Position numbers and translations under genes: made by a program. Below are positions 8,256-16,037 of a stretch of DNA of 20,000 nucleotides, in pieces; the first letter of the stretch is position 1; each line of letters starts with the position of its first letter. The stretch is from IMG/VR virus record IMGVR_UViG_3300027728_000010; one strand, 5' to 3'. The notes below the pieces were generated by a model. The model was not told where the DNA came from. It worked only from the letters and a program-made list of their open reading frames with translations, and made no database searches. This DNA comes from an uncultured virus (IMG/VR IMGVR_UViG_3300027728_000010) (taxonomy: Duplodnaviria; Heunggongvirae; Uroviricota; Caudoviricetes).

Positions 8256-9364
8256 AAATAATAATAACAGAGGCTCAGTACGATACTTTAACAGAAGAAA
8301 ACCTGCGTAATTTTCTATATTCTTTTTGGGACAGACAAAAAAAACAAGGTGAGGAACCATCCTTGGATGAAATGATTTATAATATTTTTGATATTAATAA
8401 AGAAAGTCGTGAAGACTATGATACTATCAGACCAATTTGGTATGAATATAATGGAGGTTATGATGTTCTTAAAGATAAAATAAAAAAAGAAATAGACACA
8501 AAAGAATTCAATTTGATTGAGACTGACTTCAATTTAAGGACTAAAATGAAAGTCGTTCATCTTGAAAAAGTTGAGCAATATCTTGAAATTATGGTTGATG
8601 TTGACCCTCGTGGTTCAATAAACTTTTGGGGATGGGATGACGACGACGAGCAGTATGAAATTAATGGAACAATAGAAGATGCTTATTTGGAGGCTCGAAG
8701 TAACTATGAGACTGAAGATTTGATGGGTATGATAAGAGCAGTTGCTTACGATTTTTTTTATGAGTTATTAGAAAAATACGGAGTTCCAATTGATGTTGAT
8801 ATTTATTTAGAAGAATTTGGTAATAGTCAAAATATTAATGAAGTTGAAGAAAAAAATTCAGACTGGGAAAGTGTATTGGCTTTAGAAAAATATTGGAAAA
8901 AAAAATTAGAACGTGGAGAAAATATAACATATGATGAAGATGAACTTAAATATTTTGGAATTACAACAAGACAATATGAATTATATGCCAGATTTAAATT
9001 TCAAGATTTAGTAGGAGGTGAAGAGTTTTTTGAAAAATTTATTAAAACTTTAATGGAAAAAACTTTTTCAACAAAGGACTTTAGTGAACGATTGGTTGGA
9101 GGATACGATTTTGAGTGGGTTATTACTGATATGGAATATAGGGATTATGATTTCTATTTGTATGGTAAAACTTTACCTGGTGGTTCTGTTAGTATGATGA
9201 ATGGTAGACATTTAACATTAATTGATGCATTGGAGGATGAAGATATTGGTTATGAAATTCAAGATGATGTTAATGGTCTTGTTCAGGACTGTATGAATGA
9301 AATTATTTTACCAATAACAGGTTATGATGTTACCGTACCTTTAATTAATATTGCTGAAAAATGA
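8252..9364 (+). CDS. leader-bearing acidic protein with internal domain duplication
   Basis: MKIIITEAQY leader; two similar halves (FWDRQKKQGEE / YWKKKLERGEN) separated by NINEVEE. Confidence 0.85.
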   Translation: MKIIITEAQYDTLTEENLRNFLYSFWDRQKKQGEEPSLDEMIYNIFDINKESREDYDTIRPIWYEYNGGYDVLKDKIKKEIDTKEFNLIETDFNLRTKMKVVHLEKVEQYLEIMVDVDPRGSINFWGWDDDDEQYEINGTIEDAYLEARSNYETEDLMGMIRAVAYDFFYELLEKYGVPIDVDIYLEEFGNSQNINEVEEKNSDWESVLALEKYWKKKLERGENITYDEDELKYFGITTRQYELYARFKFQDLVGGEEFFEKFIKTLMEKTFSTKDFSERLVGGYDFEWVITDMEYRDYDFYLYGKTLPGGSVSMMNGRHLTLIDALEDEDIGYEIQDDVNGLVQDCMNEIILPITGYDVTVPLINIAEK

Positions 9365-9753
9365 AAATAATAATTACAGAGAGTCAGTACAAAATGTTGT
9401 TGGAGTCAAATTTAGAATCCATGCAAAATCTTATTGATATGGCATTCGAAGACCTTAAAGAAAATTGTGAAAAAAATTGGGTTTTTATTGGGCAATATGA
9501 TTGTGACGAAGTTGAGGCGGTAGAAAAAATAAAAGTTGTTGACGTTCAAAAAGTTTTTGTGAAAACAAAAACAACAAAAGAAGAATCTTTTTTACTTGTA
9601 AAAATTGATGTTGACTACAATTATATTAGAGAGTATTTAGATTTGTCTAATTTAGAATTACAACTTCAATATCAAACAAAACAAATTATTGGAAATAATG
9701 TTCGTGTTACTATTAATAATCAAAATAACACAAGAAAGGAATTTAATTGGTGA
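9361..9753 (+). CDS. leader-bearing hypothetical protein (130 aa)
   Basis: MKIIITESQY leader; QNLIDMA shared with the next gene. Confidence 0.85.
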   Translation: MKIIITESQYKMLLESNLESMQNLIDMAFEDLKENCEKNWVFIGQYDCDEVEAVEKIKVVDVQKVFVKTKTTKEESFLLVKIDVDYNYIREYLDLSNLELQLQYQTKQIIGNNVRVTINNQNNTRKEFNW

Positions 9754-10709
9754 TGAAAATAATAATAACAGAGAGTCAATATAACTTACTTTTTGAAACA
9801 AAGAGTGTAAACGCCGCACAAACATTAATTGATATGGCAGTAGAAGATTATATTGATGCTTGTGGTAAAATGAAAGCGTTTGAAAATATACAACTAGCAC
9901 TTTGTAAAGGGTTTGAAAATGGTACGGTAAAACTTGAGGTAACAAGTGTTGAAAAAAAAGAAAATGATAGATTTGAAGATAATATATTTTATGTAATCCA
10001 TTTGATTTTATATGTTGATAAAGAGTGGATGTTGGAAGATTCATATTATGAAAAATTTGAAACAACACTCCAAATAAAAATTGGAAACTTTTTGGGTACA
10101 TTTGAATATTATTGTTACATAGATGAAGTTAGAATGAATGACGATTTGAAAGATAATTTAAACGAGTCAGAAAAAGAAAGCCCAAAGAATCAAAGATTAA
10201 TCAAACAAATGTGGTTTGACGGGCATAGTAAAGAAGATATACAAAAATATACTGGAATTGATAGAGGTGAGTTTTATACTATTTTAAAAGATGAGAAACA
10301 AGGTATAGATTGTCCTGAAGCTAACCAAATTATTATGGATATGTTACGAAATACTAATCTAATTAATAAGAAATATGATTTAACTAAATTCAATTACGAA
10401 GAAGGTAGTTTAGAGTTTACAGATTTTTTTGCCGGCATTTTAACTTTTATTTATGAAGATGGTTTATACCAAATTCAGGGTATGGCAACACCTTATTGGC
10501 TTGATTGCACAATACCTATAGACATCTCACATATTATGGATATTAAAACTAATGAATACGTGTATGATGAAATACAAACGAGTGTTGATTATGAACTAAT
10601 ACCAAAAAAATTTAATTCATATCAAGAAATGATTGATTTTATGAATAACGATTACCCAAGACTTGTTATCCCTAAAATAAAAAATTCTATAAAATATTAT
10701 CTTAATTGA
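9753..10709 (+). CDS. leader-bearing two-domain hypothetical protein (start revised to 9753)
   Basis: TGATG overlap gives MKIIITESQY; N-domain paralogous to 9361 (QTLIDMA); internal NLNESE linker. Confidence 0.85.
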   Translation: MKIIITESQYNLLFETKSVNAAQTLIDMAVEDYIDACGKMKAFENIQLALCKGFENGTVKLEVTSVEKKENDRFEDNIFYVIHLILYVDKEWMLEDSYYEKFETTLQIKIGNFLGTFEYYCYIDEVRMNDDLKDNLNESEKESPKNQRLIKQMWFDGHSKEDIQKYTGIDRGEFYTILKDEKQGIDCPEANQIIMDMLRNTNLINKKYDLTKFNYEEGSLEFTDFFAGILTFIYEDGLYQIQGMATPYWLDCTIPIDISHIMDIKTNEYVYDEIQTSVDYELIPKKFNSYQEMIDFMNNDYPRLVIPKIKNSIKYYLN

Positions 10710-10722
10710 ATAATGTGATTAA

Positions 10723-10754
10723 TTTGACTTTAATTTAATTTCATTTTATATTTA
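10723..10754 (+). promoter_or_regulatory. Bacteroidota-type promoter variant
   Basis: TTTG(AC) at 10723, 20-nt spacer, TATATTTA at 10747-10754. Confidence 0.5.
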
Positions 10755-10761
10755 AAATACT

Positions 10762-11016
10762 ATGAAAACATTCCGTCAAGAAATAAGAAATTGGTTAAAA
10801 GAAAAAAAAGAATCTGAACAAAATACAGATAGAAACAATCTTTTGGAGGAAATAATAGTTAAGATAAATGAACTTGAAAAAATAGAAGAAGATAGTCACA
10901 ACAGGGCCTATCATAAAGGTCATATGGATTCTGAATCAAAAAAATCATTAAAATATAACTACTATAAAATGACACATAAATCTAATAGTATGTTTAAACA
11001 AATAGTAAAAAATTAA
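10762..11016 (+). CDS. hypothetical protein (84 aa)
   Basis: ORF downstream of a promoter-like element. Confidence 0.8.
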   Translation: MKTFRQEIRNWLKEKKESEQNTDRNNLLEEIIVKINELEKIEEDSHNRAYHKGHMDSESKKSLKYNYYKMTHKSNSMFKQIVKN

Positions 11017-11018
11017 TT

Positions 11019-11099
11019 ATGAAAAGAAAATTGTGTTTATTAATCAAAACTTTAACATTCGGTAAAGTTTGTTTGGGTTGGTGTGATTTAAAAAAATAA
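11019..11099 (+). CDS. 26-aa Cys-rich peptide MKRKLCLLIKTLTFGKVCLGWCDLKK
   Basis: Translated by hand; starts 2 nt after the upstream stop and fills the gap; below the ORF track cutoff. Confidence 0.55.
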   Translation: MKRKLCLLIKTLTFGKVCLGWCDLKK

Positions 11100-11121
11100 T
11101 TCATTTTTTTTTTGTAAAAAA

Positions 11122-11152
11122 TTTGTATTTAAAAAAAATCATACTATCTTTG
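11122..11152 (+). promoter_or_regulatory. Bacteroidota-type primary sigma promoter
   Basis: TTTG 11122-11125, 19-nt spacer, TATCTTTG 11145-11152. Confidence 0.7.
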
Positions 11153-11159
11153 TTTAGTT

Positions 11160-11273
11160 ATGAAAACAATAGAGGTTACTATACAAGAAATTTGGCAAGC
11201 AACTCGTCCTATTGTTCAAAAAAGTAAGAAAACTTACACAAGAAAACGTAAACACAAAAACCAAGATATATGA
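11160..11273 (+). CDS. 37-aa basic peptide with ArfA-like C-terminal motif
   Basis: MKTIEVTIQEIWQATRPIVQKSKKTYTRKRKHKNQDI; directly after the promoter; ATGA overlap with the DUF932 gene. Confidence 0.7.
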   Translation: MKTIEVTIQEIWQATRPIVQKSKKTYTRKRKHKNQDI

Positions 11274-12022
11274 TAACACTTAATGATTTAAAAACCTCAG
11301 CCCCATCGGTATTTGCGACTTCCGCATCACCAAAAATGTCTAACAAGTACGTGTTTGTACCAACTATGGACATTATGGAAAACTTTGAACGTGAGGGGTG
11401 GGAACTGGCAACCGCTAAACAAGTTGGTCGTGGAATACATGCAGTTCACGAACTACGTTTTCGTAACGGACAATTACCAAAAGTTGGAGATACTTTAGTT
11501 GAAGCCGTAATTAAAAACTCACACAACGGAATGGCAACATTTTCAGTAAGTGCAGGACTTCACAGACTTGTATGTTCAAATGGCCTAACAGTACCAACAG
11601 CACTTTCTGAGTCATTCAAACTTCGTCACTCAAGATTTGATTTGGATGAGGTTAAACGATTAACGGAGTCATTTGCGACTCGTTTACCACAGATTGAAGG
11701 TTCTGTTAACAAAATGATGGAACGTGAGCTTACAACAGACGAAAAGATTGATTTTCTTCGTCAATCTGCTGAGGTTCGTTTTGGAAAAGAAAAAGTTCTT
11801 AAAGAAATGGAGATTGTAGGACTTCTAACACCAAACCGACACGAAGATGAAGGAGACGATATGTGGAAGGTTTTTAATGTAGTACAAGAAAAGTTTGTCA
11901 GAGGAGGGGTGGAAGTAACATCACCAAAAGGACGTGTAACTAAACTTCGTGGATTACAAAATATTATGGCAGTTAATACACTTAACACCAAACTTTGGGA
12001 GTTGGCGGACGCGATGTGTTAA
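11270..12022 (+). CDS. DUF932/DUF945 family protein
   Basis: APSVFA...SNKYVFVPT...EGW, H.LRFR, NSHNG, AGLHRLVCSNGL, WKVFNVVQE, NTKLWELA. Confidence 0.85.
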   Translation: MITLNDLKTSAPSVFATSASPKMSNKYVFVPTMDIMENFEREGWELATAKQVGRGIHAVHELRFRNGQLPKVGDTLVEAVIKNSHNGMATFSVSAGLHRLVCSNGLTVPTALSESFKLRHSRFDLDEVKRLTESFATRLPQIEGSVNKMMERELTTDEKIDFLRQSAEVRFGKEKVLKEMEIVGLLTPNRHEDEGDDMWKVFNVVQEKFVRGGVEVTSPKGRVTKLRGLQNIMAVNTLNTKLWELADAMC

Positions 12023-12028
12023 AAAAGT

Positions 12029-12060
12029 AAAATCCTCACAAAAAAGTGGGGATTTTTTTT
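12029..12060 (+). terminator. intrinsic terminator
   Basis: AAAATCCTCAC-aaaaaa-GTGGGGATTTT stem (one G-U pair) plus T8. Confidence 0.8.
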
Positions 12061-12087
12061 GTGGTTTGGATTTTTGTTGTATCTTTG
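12058..12087 (+). promoter_or_regulatory. Bacteroidota-type promoter
   Basis: TATCTTTG at 12080-12087; TTTG at 12058-12061 (18-nt spacer). Confidence 0.6.
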
Positions 12088-12114
12088 TATTCTAATCAAT
12101 TAAAACAAATATAT

Positions 12115-12843
12115 ATGTCCACCATCACTCAAGTAAAAAACTACAAAGGTTCTAACTCTTTCGTCCTTAAAATGAAAGATGTAATTTCTAAATATGGCAA
12201 AATGACCGCAGCTCAAGAAGCTGCCGTTGATAAAATTTTCAAAACACCTGTTGAGGTAAAACAAGTTGAGTTGACTGATGATATGAAAAAAATCCAAGCA
12301 TATGAGGGACAAAACTCATTTGTTTTGGACATCAAGTCAAAGATGGAAAAATACGGTAAATTATCCGAAAAACAAGTATCTGCAGCACTTGCACAAATCA
12401 GCAAAGAAGAAGCCAAAGAGGCGACAATTCATATGAATGTTCCAGTTGAAGGTGATACAATCATCATTGGTCGTAAAATCGGTCAACAAATGAAAGAGAC
12501 TTATGGTCTTCAATTCAACCCAACTCTTTTGGATATTACAAAAGTATTAGCGGTTTCACCAAAGGCCGTTAAAATGTCAGGTAAAATGACAATCAAACGA
12601 GGAGATATTTGTGTGTGTTGTGCAAAGACTTTAACTGACGAGTTTTCAATGTTGACTAAAATGGGTAAGACGTGTGCTAAACACATGGGAGTTGAATACA
12701 TCACAGATAAGTCACAAGCGGAGCGTTTTAGAAACGAGTACCTGAAAAAAGTTGAGGAGATTGGTGAGATGGAATTTTGGATTCCAAAACGACAAATCAA
12801 AAAGTGGGAAGGAAATGGTGATTTACTTTTAAACTTGGCGTAA
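12115..12843 (+). CDS. protein with duplicated N-terminal repeat and DUF6011-like Zn-binding domain (start revised to 12115)
   Basis: Repeats YKGSNSFVLKMK..YGKMT / YEGQNSFVLDIK..YGKLSEKQ; CVCCAKTLTDEFS...GKTCAKH; the GTG start at 12046 lies inside the terminator. Confidence 0.7.
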   Translation: MSTITQVKNYKGSNSFVLKMKDVISKYGKMTAAQEAAVDKIFKTPVEVKQVELTDDMKKIQAYEGQNSFVLDIKSKMEKYGKLSEKQVSAALAQISKEEAKEATIHMNVPVEGDTIIIGRKIGQQMKETYGLQFNPTLLDITKVLAVSPKAVKMSGKMTIKRGDICVCCAKTLTDEFSMLTKMGKTCAKHMGVEYITDKSQAERFRNEYLKKVEEIGEMEFWIPKRQIKKWEGNGDLLLNLA

Positions 12844-12847
12844 TTAG

Positions 12848-12881
12848 AATAACCCCACTCACATGGTGGGGTTATTATTTT
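12848..12881 (+). terminator. intrinsic terminator-like hairpin
   Basis: AATAACCCCAC-tcacatg-GTGGGGTTATT perfect 11-bp stem followed by a T-rich tail. Confidence 0.8.
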
Positions 12882-12948
12882 AACATTAAGATTTTTTTAT
12901 GATAAACACTTATTAGGATTTTCAAATATCTATTATAAAAAGGTTCTA

Positions 12949-13035
12949 ATGGTTTTTTTACTTATAACTTGCACTCTGATTGGGTATACAATAACTAAAG
13001 ACAGAAAAAATTATTTTGATTATTATAAAAAATAA
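12949..13035 (+). CDS. possible 28-aa single-pass membrane peptide
   Basis: MVFLLITCTLIGYTITKDRKNYFDYYKK, translated by hand; hydrophobic N-half and basic tail. Confidence 0.35.
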   Translation: MVFLLITCTLIGYTITKDRKNYFDYYKK

Positions 13036-13046
13036 TATTATATTTC
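13015..13046 (+). promoter_or_regulatory. Bacteroidota-type promoter variant
   Basis: TTTG 13015-13018, 20-nt spacer, TATATTTC 13039-13046, ATG at 13051. Confidence 0.45.
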
Positions 13047-13050
13047 TAAT

Positions 13051-13764
13051 ATGAATTTAAGCAAACAAGTAACAATTGTCATACCTTGTAAAAATGAGAA
13101 GGATATAATTCAAAAAACTTTGGACCTTTTAAATTATCAGTCAGATATTTGGGGAATTAAAGTAGTTGTTTGTGACTCTTCAGATGATGGTATAACTAAA
13201 TTTGATATAATCGAAAGGTTAGAAACTAACTCAGATAAGTTTGACCTTCATTTGATGGATGGTGGATTACCTGCGGTTGCAAGAAACAACGGATTTAAAC
13301 TTGTTGAAACGCCATATGTTTTATTTATTGACTCCGATGTGTTTTTGTTGGACCCGAAGATTATCAAAAGAGCATTTTTAAGAATAAACCGGCAAAAATT
13401 AGATTTAGTTACCACAAAGTTCAGAAGTGATAACGGAAAATACAATTATGTTTATAGATTATTTGATTTATTGCAAACAATATCTAAATGGTCAACTCCT
13501 TTTTGTTTGGGGGGTTTTATGATGATTAGGTCTGAAACATTTAAAACTTTAGGTGGGTTTGATGAAGAAATTAAAGTGGCGGAAGACTACCATTTTTCAA
13601 AACAAGTAACACCATCTAAATTTGGTAGAATAAATAATATTGTATTTACACCTCCAAGAAGATTTGAAAACAAAGGTTTGTTATATATGATTAAGTTATT
13701 TTTAGGTTCATTTTTTAACCATAAAAACAAATCTTATTTTACCGACGATAAAAACTACTGGTGA
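13051..13764 (+). CDS. glycosyltransferase family 2
   Basis: TIVIPCKNE, VVCDSSDDGIT, ARNNG, YVLFIDSD (DxD), GGFDE...AEDY. Confidence 0.9.
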   Translation: MNLSKQVTIVIPCKNEKDIIQKTLDLLNYQSDIWGIKVVVCDSSDDGITKFDIIERLETNSDKFDLHLMDGGLPAVARNNGFKLVETPYVLFIDSDVFLLDPKIIKRAFLRINRQKLDLVTTKFRSDNGKYNYVYRLFDLLQTISKWSTPFCLGGFMMIRSETFKTLGGFDEEIKVAEDYHFSKQVTPSKFGRINNIVFTPPRRFENKGLLYMIKLFLGSFFNHKNKSYFTDDKNYW

Positions 13765-14477
13765 TGAAAAAATGGAAGACAGTAATAATGAGTGACCTTC
13801 ATTTGGGTGCTCGTCAATCACAAACAGACAAGATATTAAAGTTTTTGGAAGAAAACGAAATGGAGACTTTAATTTTAAATGGTGACATTATTGATGGATG
13901 GGCAATTAGAAGTGGTGGAAAATGGACTAATGACTGCACAAAGATTATTAGAAAGTTTATTAAACTATCTGAAGGTAAAACTAAAGTAATTTATATTAGA
14001 GGTAACCACGACGACTTTTTAAAAGACTTCATCCCATTCAAATTAAACAATATTGAAATTGTAAGAATGTATAATCACATTGGAGTTGACGGTAGAAGTT
14101 ACTATTGTTTTCACGGGGATGTTTTAGATTTTGTTATTATGAAAGCAAGATGGTTGGCAGTAATTGGTGGATGGTCGTATGATTTTATAATAAGACTTAA
14201 TACGTGGTATAACAAAATAAGAAAACTATTTAAACTTGAATACCATTCGTTGGCAAACAATATTAAACAATCGGTTAAAGGGGCCATTAATTTTGTGTCT
14301 GATTTTGAAACAGGTGCAAAAGGATTAACAAAAGAAAAGGGATTTGATGTTGCGGTCTGTGGACATATACACCAACCAAAGTTAGAAATTGATTATATGA
14401 ACTCAGGGGATTTCTGTGAGAATTCAACTTGTCTTGTTGAAGACAAAAAAGGTAACTGGAAAATTTTAAATATTTAA
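13764..14477 (+). CDS. calcineurin-like metallophosphoesterase, UDP-2,3-diacylglucosamine hydrolase (LpxH)-like
   Basis: SDLHLG, LNGDIIDGW, GNHD, HGD, CGHIH, YMNSGDF motifs; TGATG coupling to the GT2 gene. Confidence 0.85.
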   Translation: MKKWKTVIMSDLHLGARQSQTDKILKFLEENEMETLILNGDIIDGWAIRSGGKWTNDCTKIIRKFIKLSEGKTKVIYIRGNHDDFLKDFIPFKLNNIEIVRMYNHIGVDGRSYYCFHGDVLDFVIMKARWLAVIGGWSYDFIIRLNTWYNKIRKLFKLEYHSLANNIKQSVKGAINFVSDFETGAKGLTKEKGFDVAVCGHIHQPKLEIDYMNSGDFCENSTCLVEDKKGNWKILNI

Positions 14478-14765
14478 TCACATACTTTTCAAAACCATTT
14501 CAATTGTGTAAATAGAATCACGGTCTTGTTTAGTTTTGACCTTTTTATTTTTTAGGTACTCCAATGATGCCAATAACTCATCTTTTTTGTTCCTTGCGGT
14601 TACAGGACTTACTGGTTGTGGTTGTGAATAAGACAATACGGGTTCGTTAGTGGAAACAATTGTTGATTGAGTAAGTTCAGGATGATATATCATTTGATAT
14701 ATTTTAGCAGCCATCATAGGGTCTTTAGTGGTGCGATAGATAATAAGGTATTTCAGTAGCTTCAT
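14478..14765 (-). CDS. hypothetical protein (95 aa), only supported minus-strand gene
   Basis: Fills the gap between + genes without overlap and has its own host-type promoter; may start at an internal Met. Confidence 0.75.
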   Translation of the reverse strand: MKLLKYLIIYRTTKDPMMAAKIYQMIYHPELTQSTIVSTNEPVLSYSQPQPVSPVTARNKKDELLASLEYLKNKKVKTKQDRDSIYTIEMVLKSM

Positions 14766-14769
14766 AAAT

Positions 14770-14801
14770 CAAAGATACAAATAAAGTCTTCATTTCACAA
14801 A
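14770..14801 (-). promoter_or_regulatory. Bacteroidota-type primary sigma promoter (minus strand)
   Basis: Minus strand reads TTTG (14801-14798), 20-nt spacer, TATCTTTG (14777-14770). Confidence 0.7.
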
Positions 14802-14813
14802 CAATTTAGGTGA

Positions 14814-14820
14814 TATTTAT
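14814..14820 (+). promoter_or_regulatory. putative late promoter TATTTAT
   Basis: Ends 4 nt before ATG 14825; heads a run of leader-bearing genes. Confidence 0.6.
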
Positions 14821-14824
14821 TATT

Positions 14825-15592
14825 ATGAATTTAATTTTAGAAGAAGAGTTAGTAAGACTACGACAATTGATGTTGTCTGAAGAAATGGTGCAAAGTGATG
14901 GTTATAAAAAACTAAAACAAACTATCGACATTCTAAAAAATAAAGATAAAGTCCTTTTACTTTCTTGTTCAAACAGATATCAATTTGACCCAAAAAAACC
15001 AGATACACCAAAATCAAAATTATTAGCAACTTACATTAAAGAGGAGTTAGGTGACAAAGCAACTTTAATAGACGTTACTGAACTTAAAATATTACCTTGT
15101 GAGGGTAATGTTTCAAGGGCTGATGGTAATTCGTGTGGGCTATTAAAAGCCGTTCTTAAAGATAAAAAAAAGAACCCATCAGGTCATCATAGATGTTGGG
15201 TAAATATAAATGAACCTTCAGACGAACTTTGGAAAATATCAAGAGAACTTTTTGAATCTGATGCTGTTTTATTTTTCTCTTCAGTCAGATGGGGACAAGC
15301 GAATATGTACTATCAAAATCTTATGGAAAGATTGACGTGGATACAAAATAGACACACAACACTTGGCGAATCAAATTTAATTAAAAATATTGAAACGGGT
15401 TTTATTTGTGTTGGGCAAAATTGGAATGGAGAAAATGTAACAGAAACACAAAAAGAAAGTCATAAGTATTATGGATTTAAACCAAATCCAAACCTTTATT
15501 GGAATTGGCAATATACGAAAAATCCAAACGACGAAACTCAAAAATCTTATAAGGCTTCACACGATAAGTTTATAAAAGATATGAAGTTATAA
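14825..15592 (+). CDS. flavodoxin-fold / NADPH-dependent FMN reductase-like protein with N-terminal leader (start revised to 14825)
   Basis: VLLLSCSNR...PKS, LIDVTELKILPCEG, ESDAVLFFSSVRWG, LMERL; leader MNLILEEELVRLRQLM. Confidence 0.75.
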   Translation: MNLILEEELVRLRQLMLSEEMVQSDGYKKLKQTIDILKNKDKVLLLSCSNRYQFDPKKPDTPKSKLLATYIKEELGDKATLIDVTELKILPCEGNVSRADGNSCGLLKAVLKDKKKNPSGHHRCWVNINEPSDELWKISRELFESDAVLFFSSVRWGQANMYYQNLMERLTWIQNRHTTLGESNLIKNIETGFICVGQNWNGENVTETQKESHKYYGFKPNPNLYWNWQYTKNPNDETQKSYKASHDKFIKDMKL

Positions 15593-15602
15593 ATTTAAAA
15601 TA

Positions 15603-16037
15603 ATGAAATATATAATTAAAAAAATACTAAAAGAAGAAACTGAAAGTGATGAAGAAAAGTTAATTCTTAAAGGTATAAATCTTGCGGTAAATTCATTAAA
15701 ACAAGATTTTCCATTTATTAAAGGTTGGGAAATATCTGAAGATATGTATGAATATGGAAGCACAATTTATTTAAATATGTTTGTTGACCCCAAACAAGTT
15801 GGAGAATTTTACAATTTAGAAAAAAAAGAACTTTATGATTTGTATTTAGATAAATACCTTACATACCCAATGAGTGCATTTGAATATGGTAATTTAGAAC
15901 CATACGAAGAAACATATAAAATAAATGAAATGTTAAATGATAATTATGATTTTATTCCTGATGGATGGAAAATGAATAATAGTGCATTTCCTAATGAGAA
16001 AAAAAGACTTCATTTTGACCACTACAAATATGTTTGA
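15603..16037 (+). CDS. leader-bearing hypothetical protein (144 aa)
   Basis: MKYIIKKILKEE leader. Confidence 0.85.
   Translation: MKYIIKKILKEETESDEEKLILKGINLAVNSLKQDFPFIKGWEISEDMYEYGSTIYLNMFVDPKQVGEFYNLEKKELYDLYLDKYLTYPMSAFEYGNLEPYEETYKINEMLNDNYDFIPDGWKMNNSAFPNEKKRLHFDHYKYV

Larger units (their letters stand above)
8252..9782 (+). repeat. dispersed leader-coding repeat atgaaaataataat(a/t)acagag at 8252, 9361 and 9753
   Basis: Near-identical 21-30 nt at three gene starts; divergent copy at 7440. Confidence 0.8.

Noticed and set aside
12046..12114. Hydrophobic N-terminal extension (signal or TM) on the 265-aa ORF
   Set aside because: It is the translation of the terminator T-run and promoter; the likely start is ATG 12115
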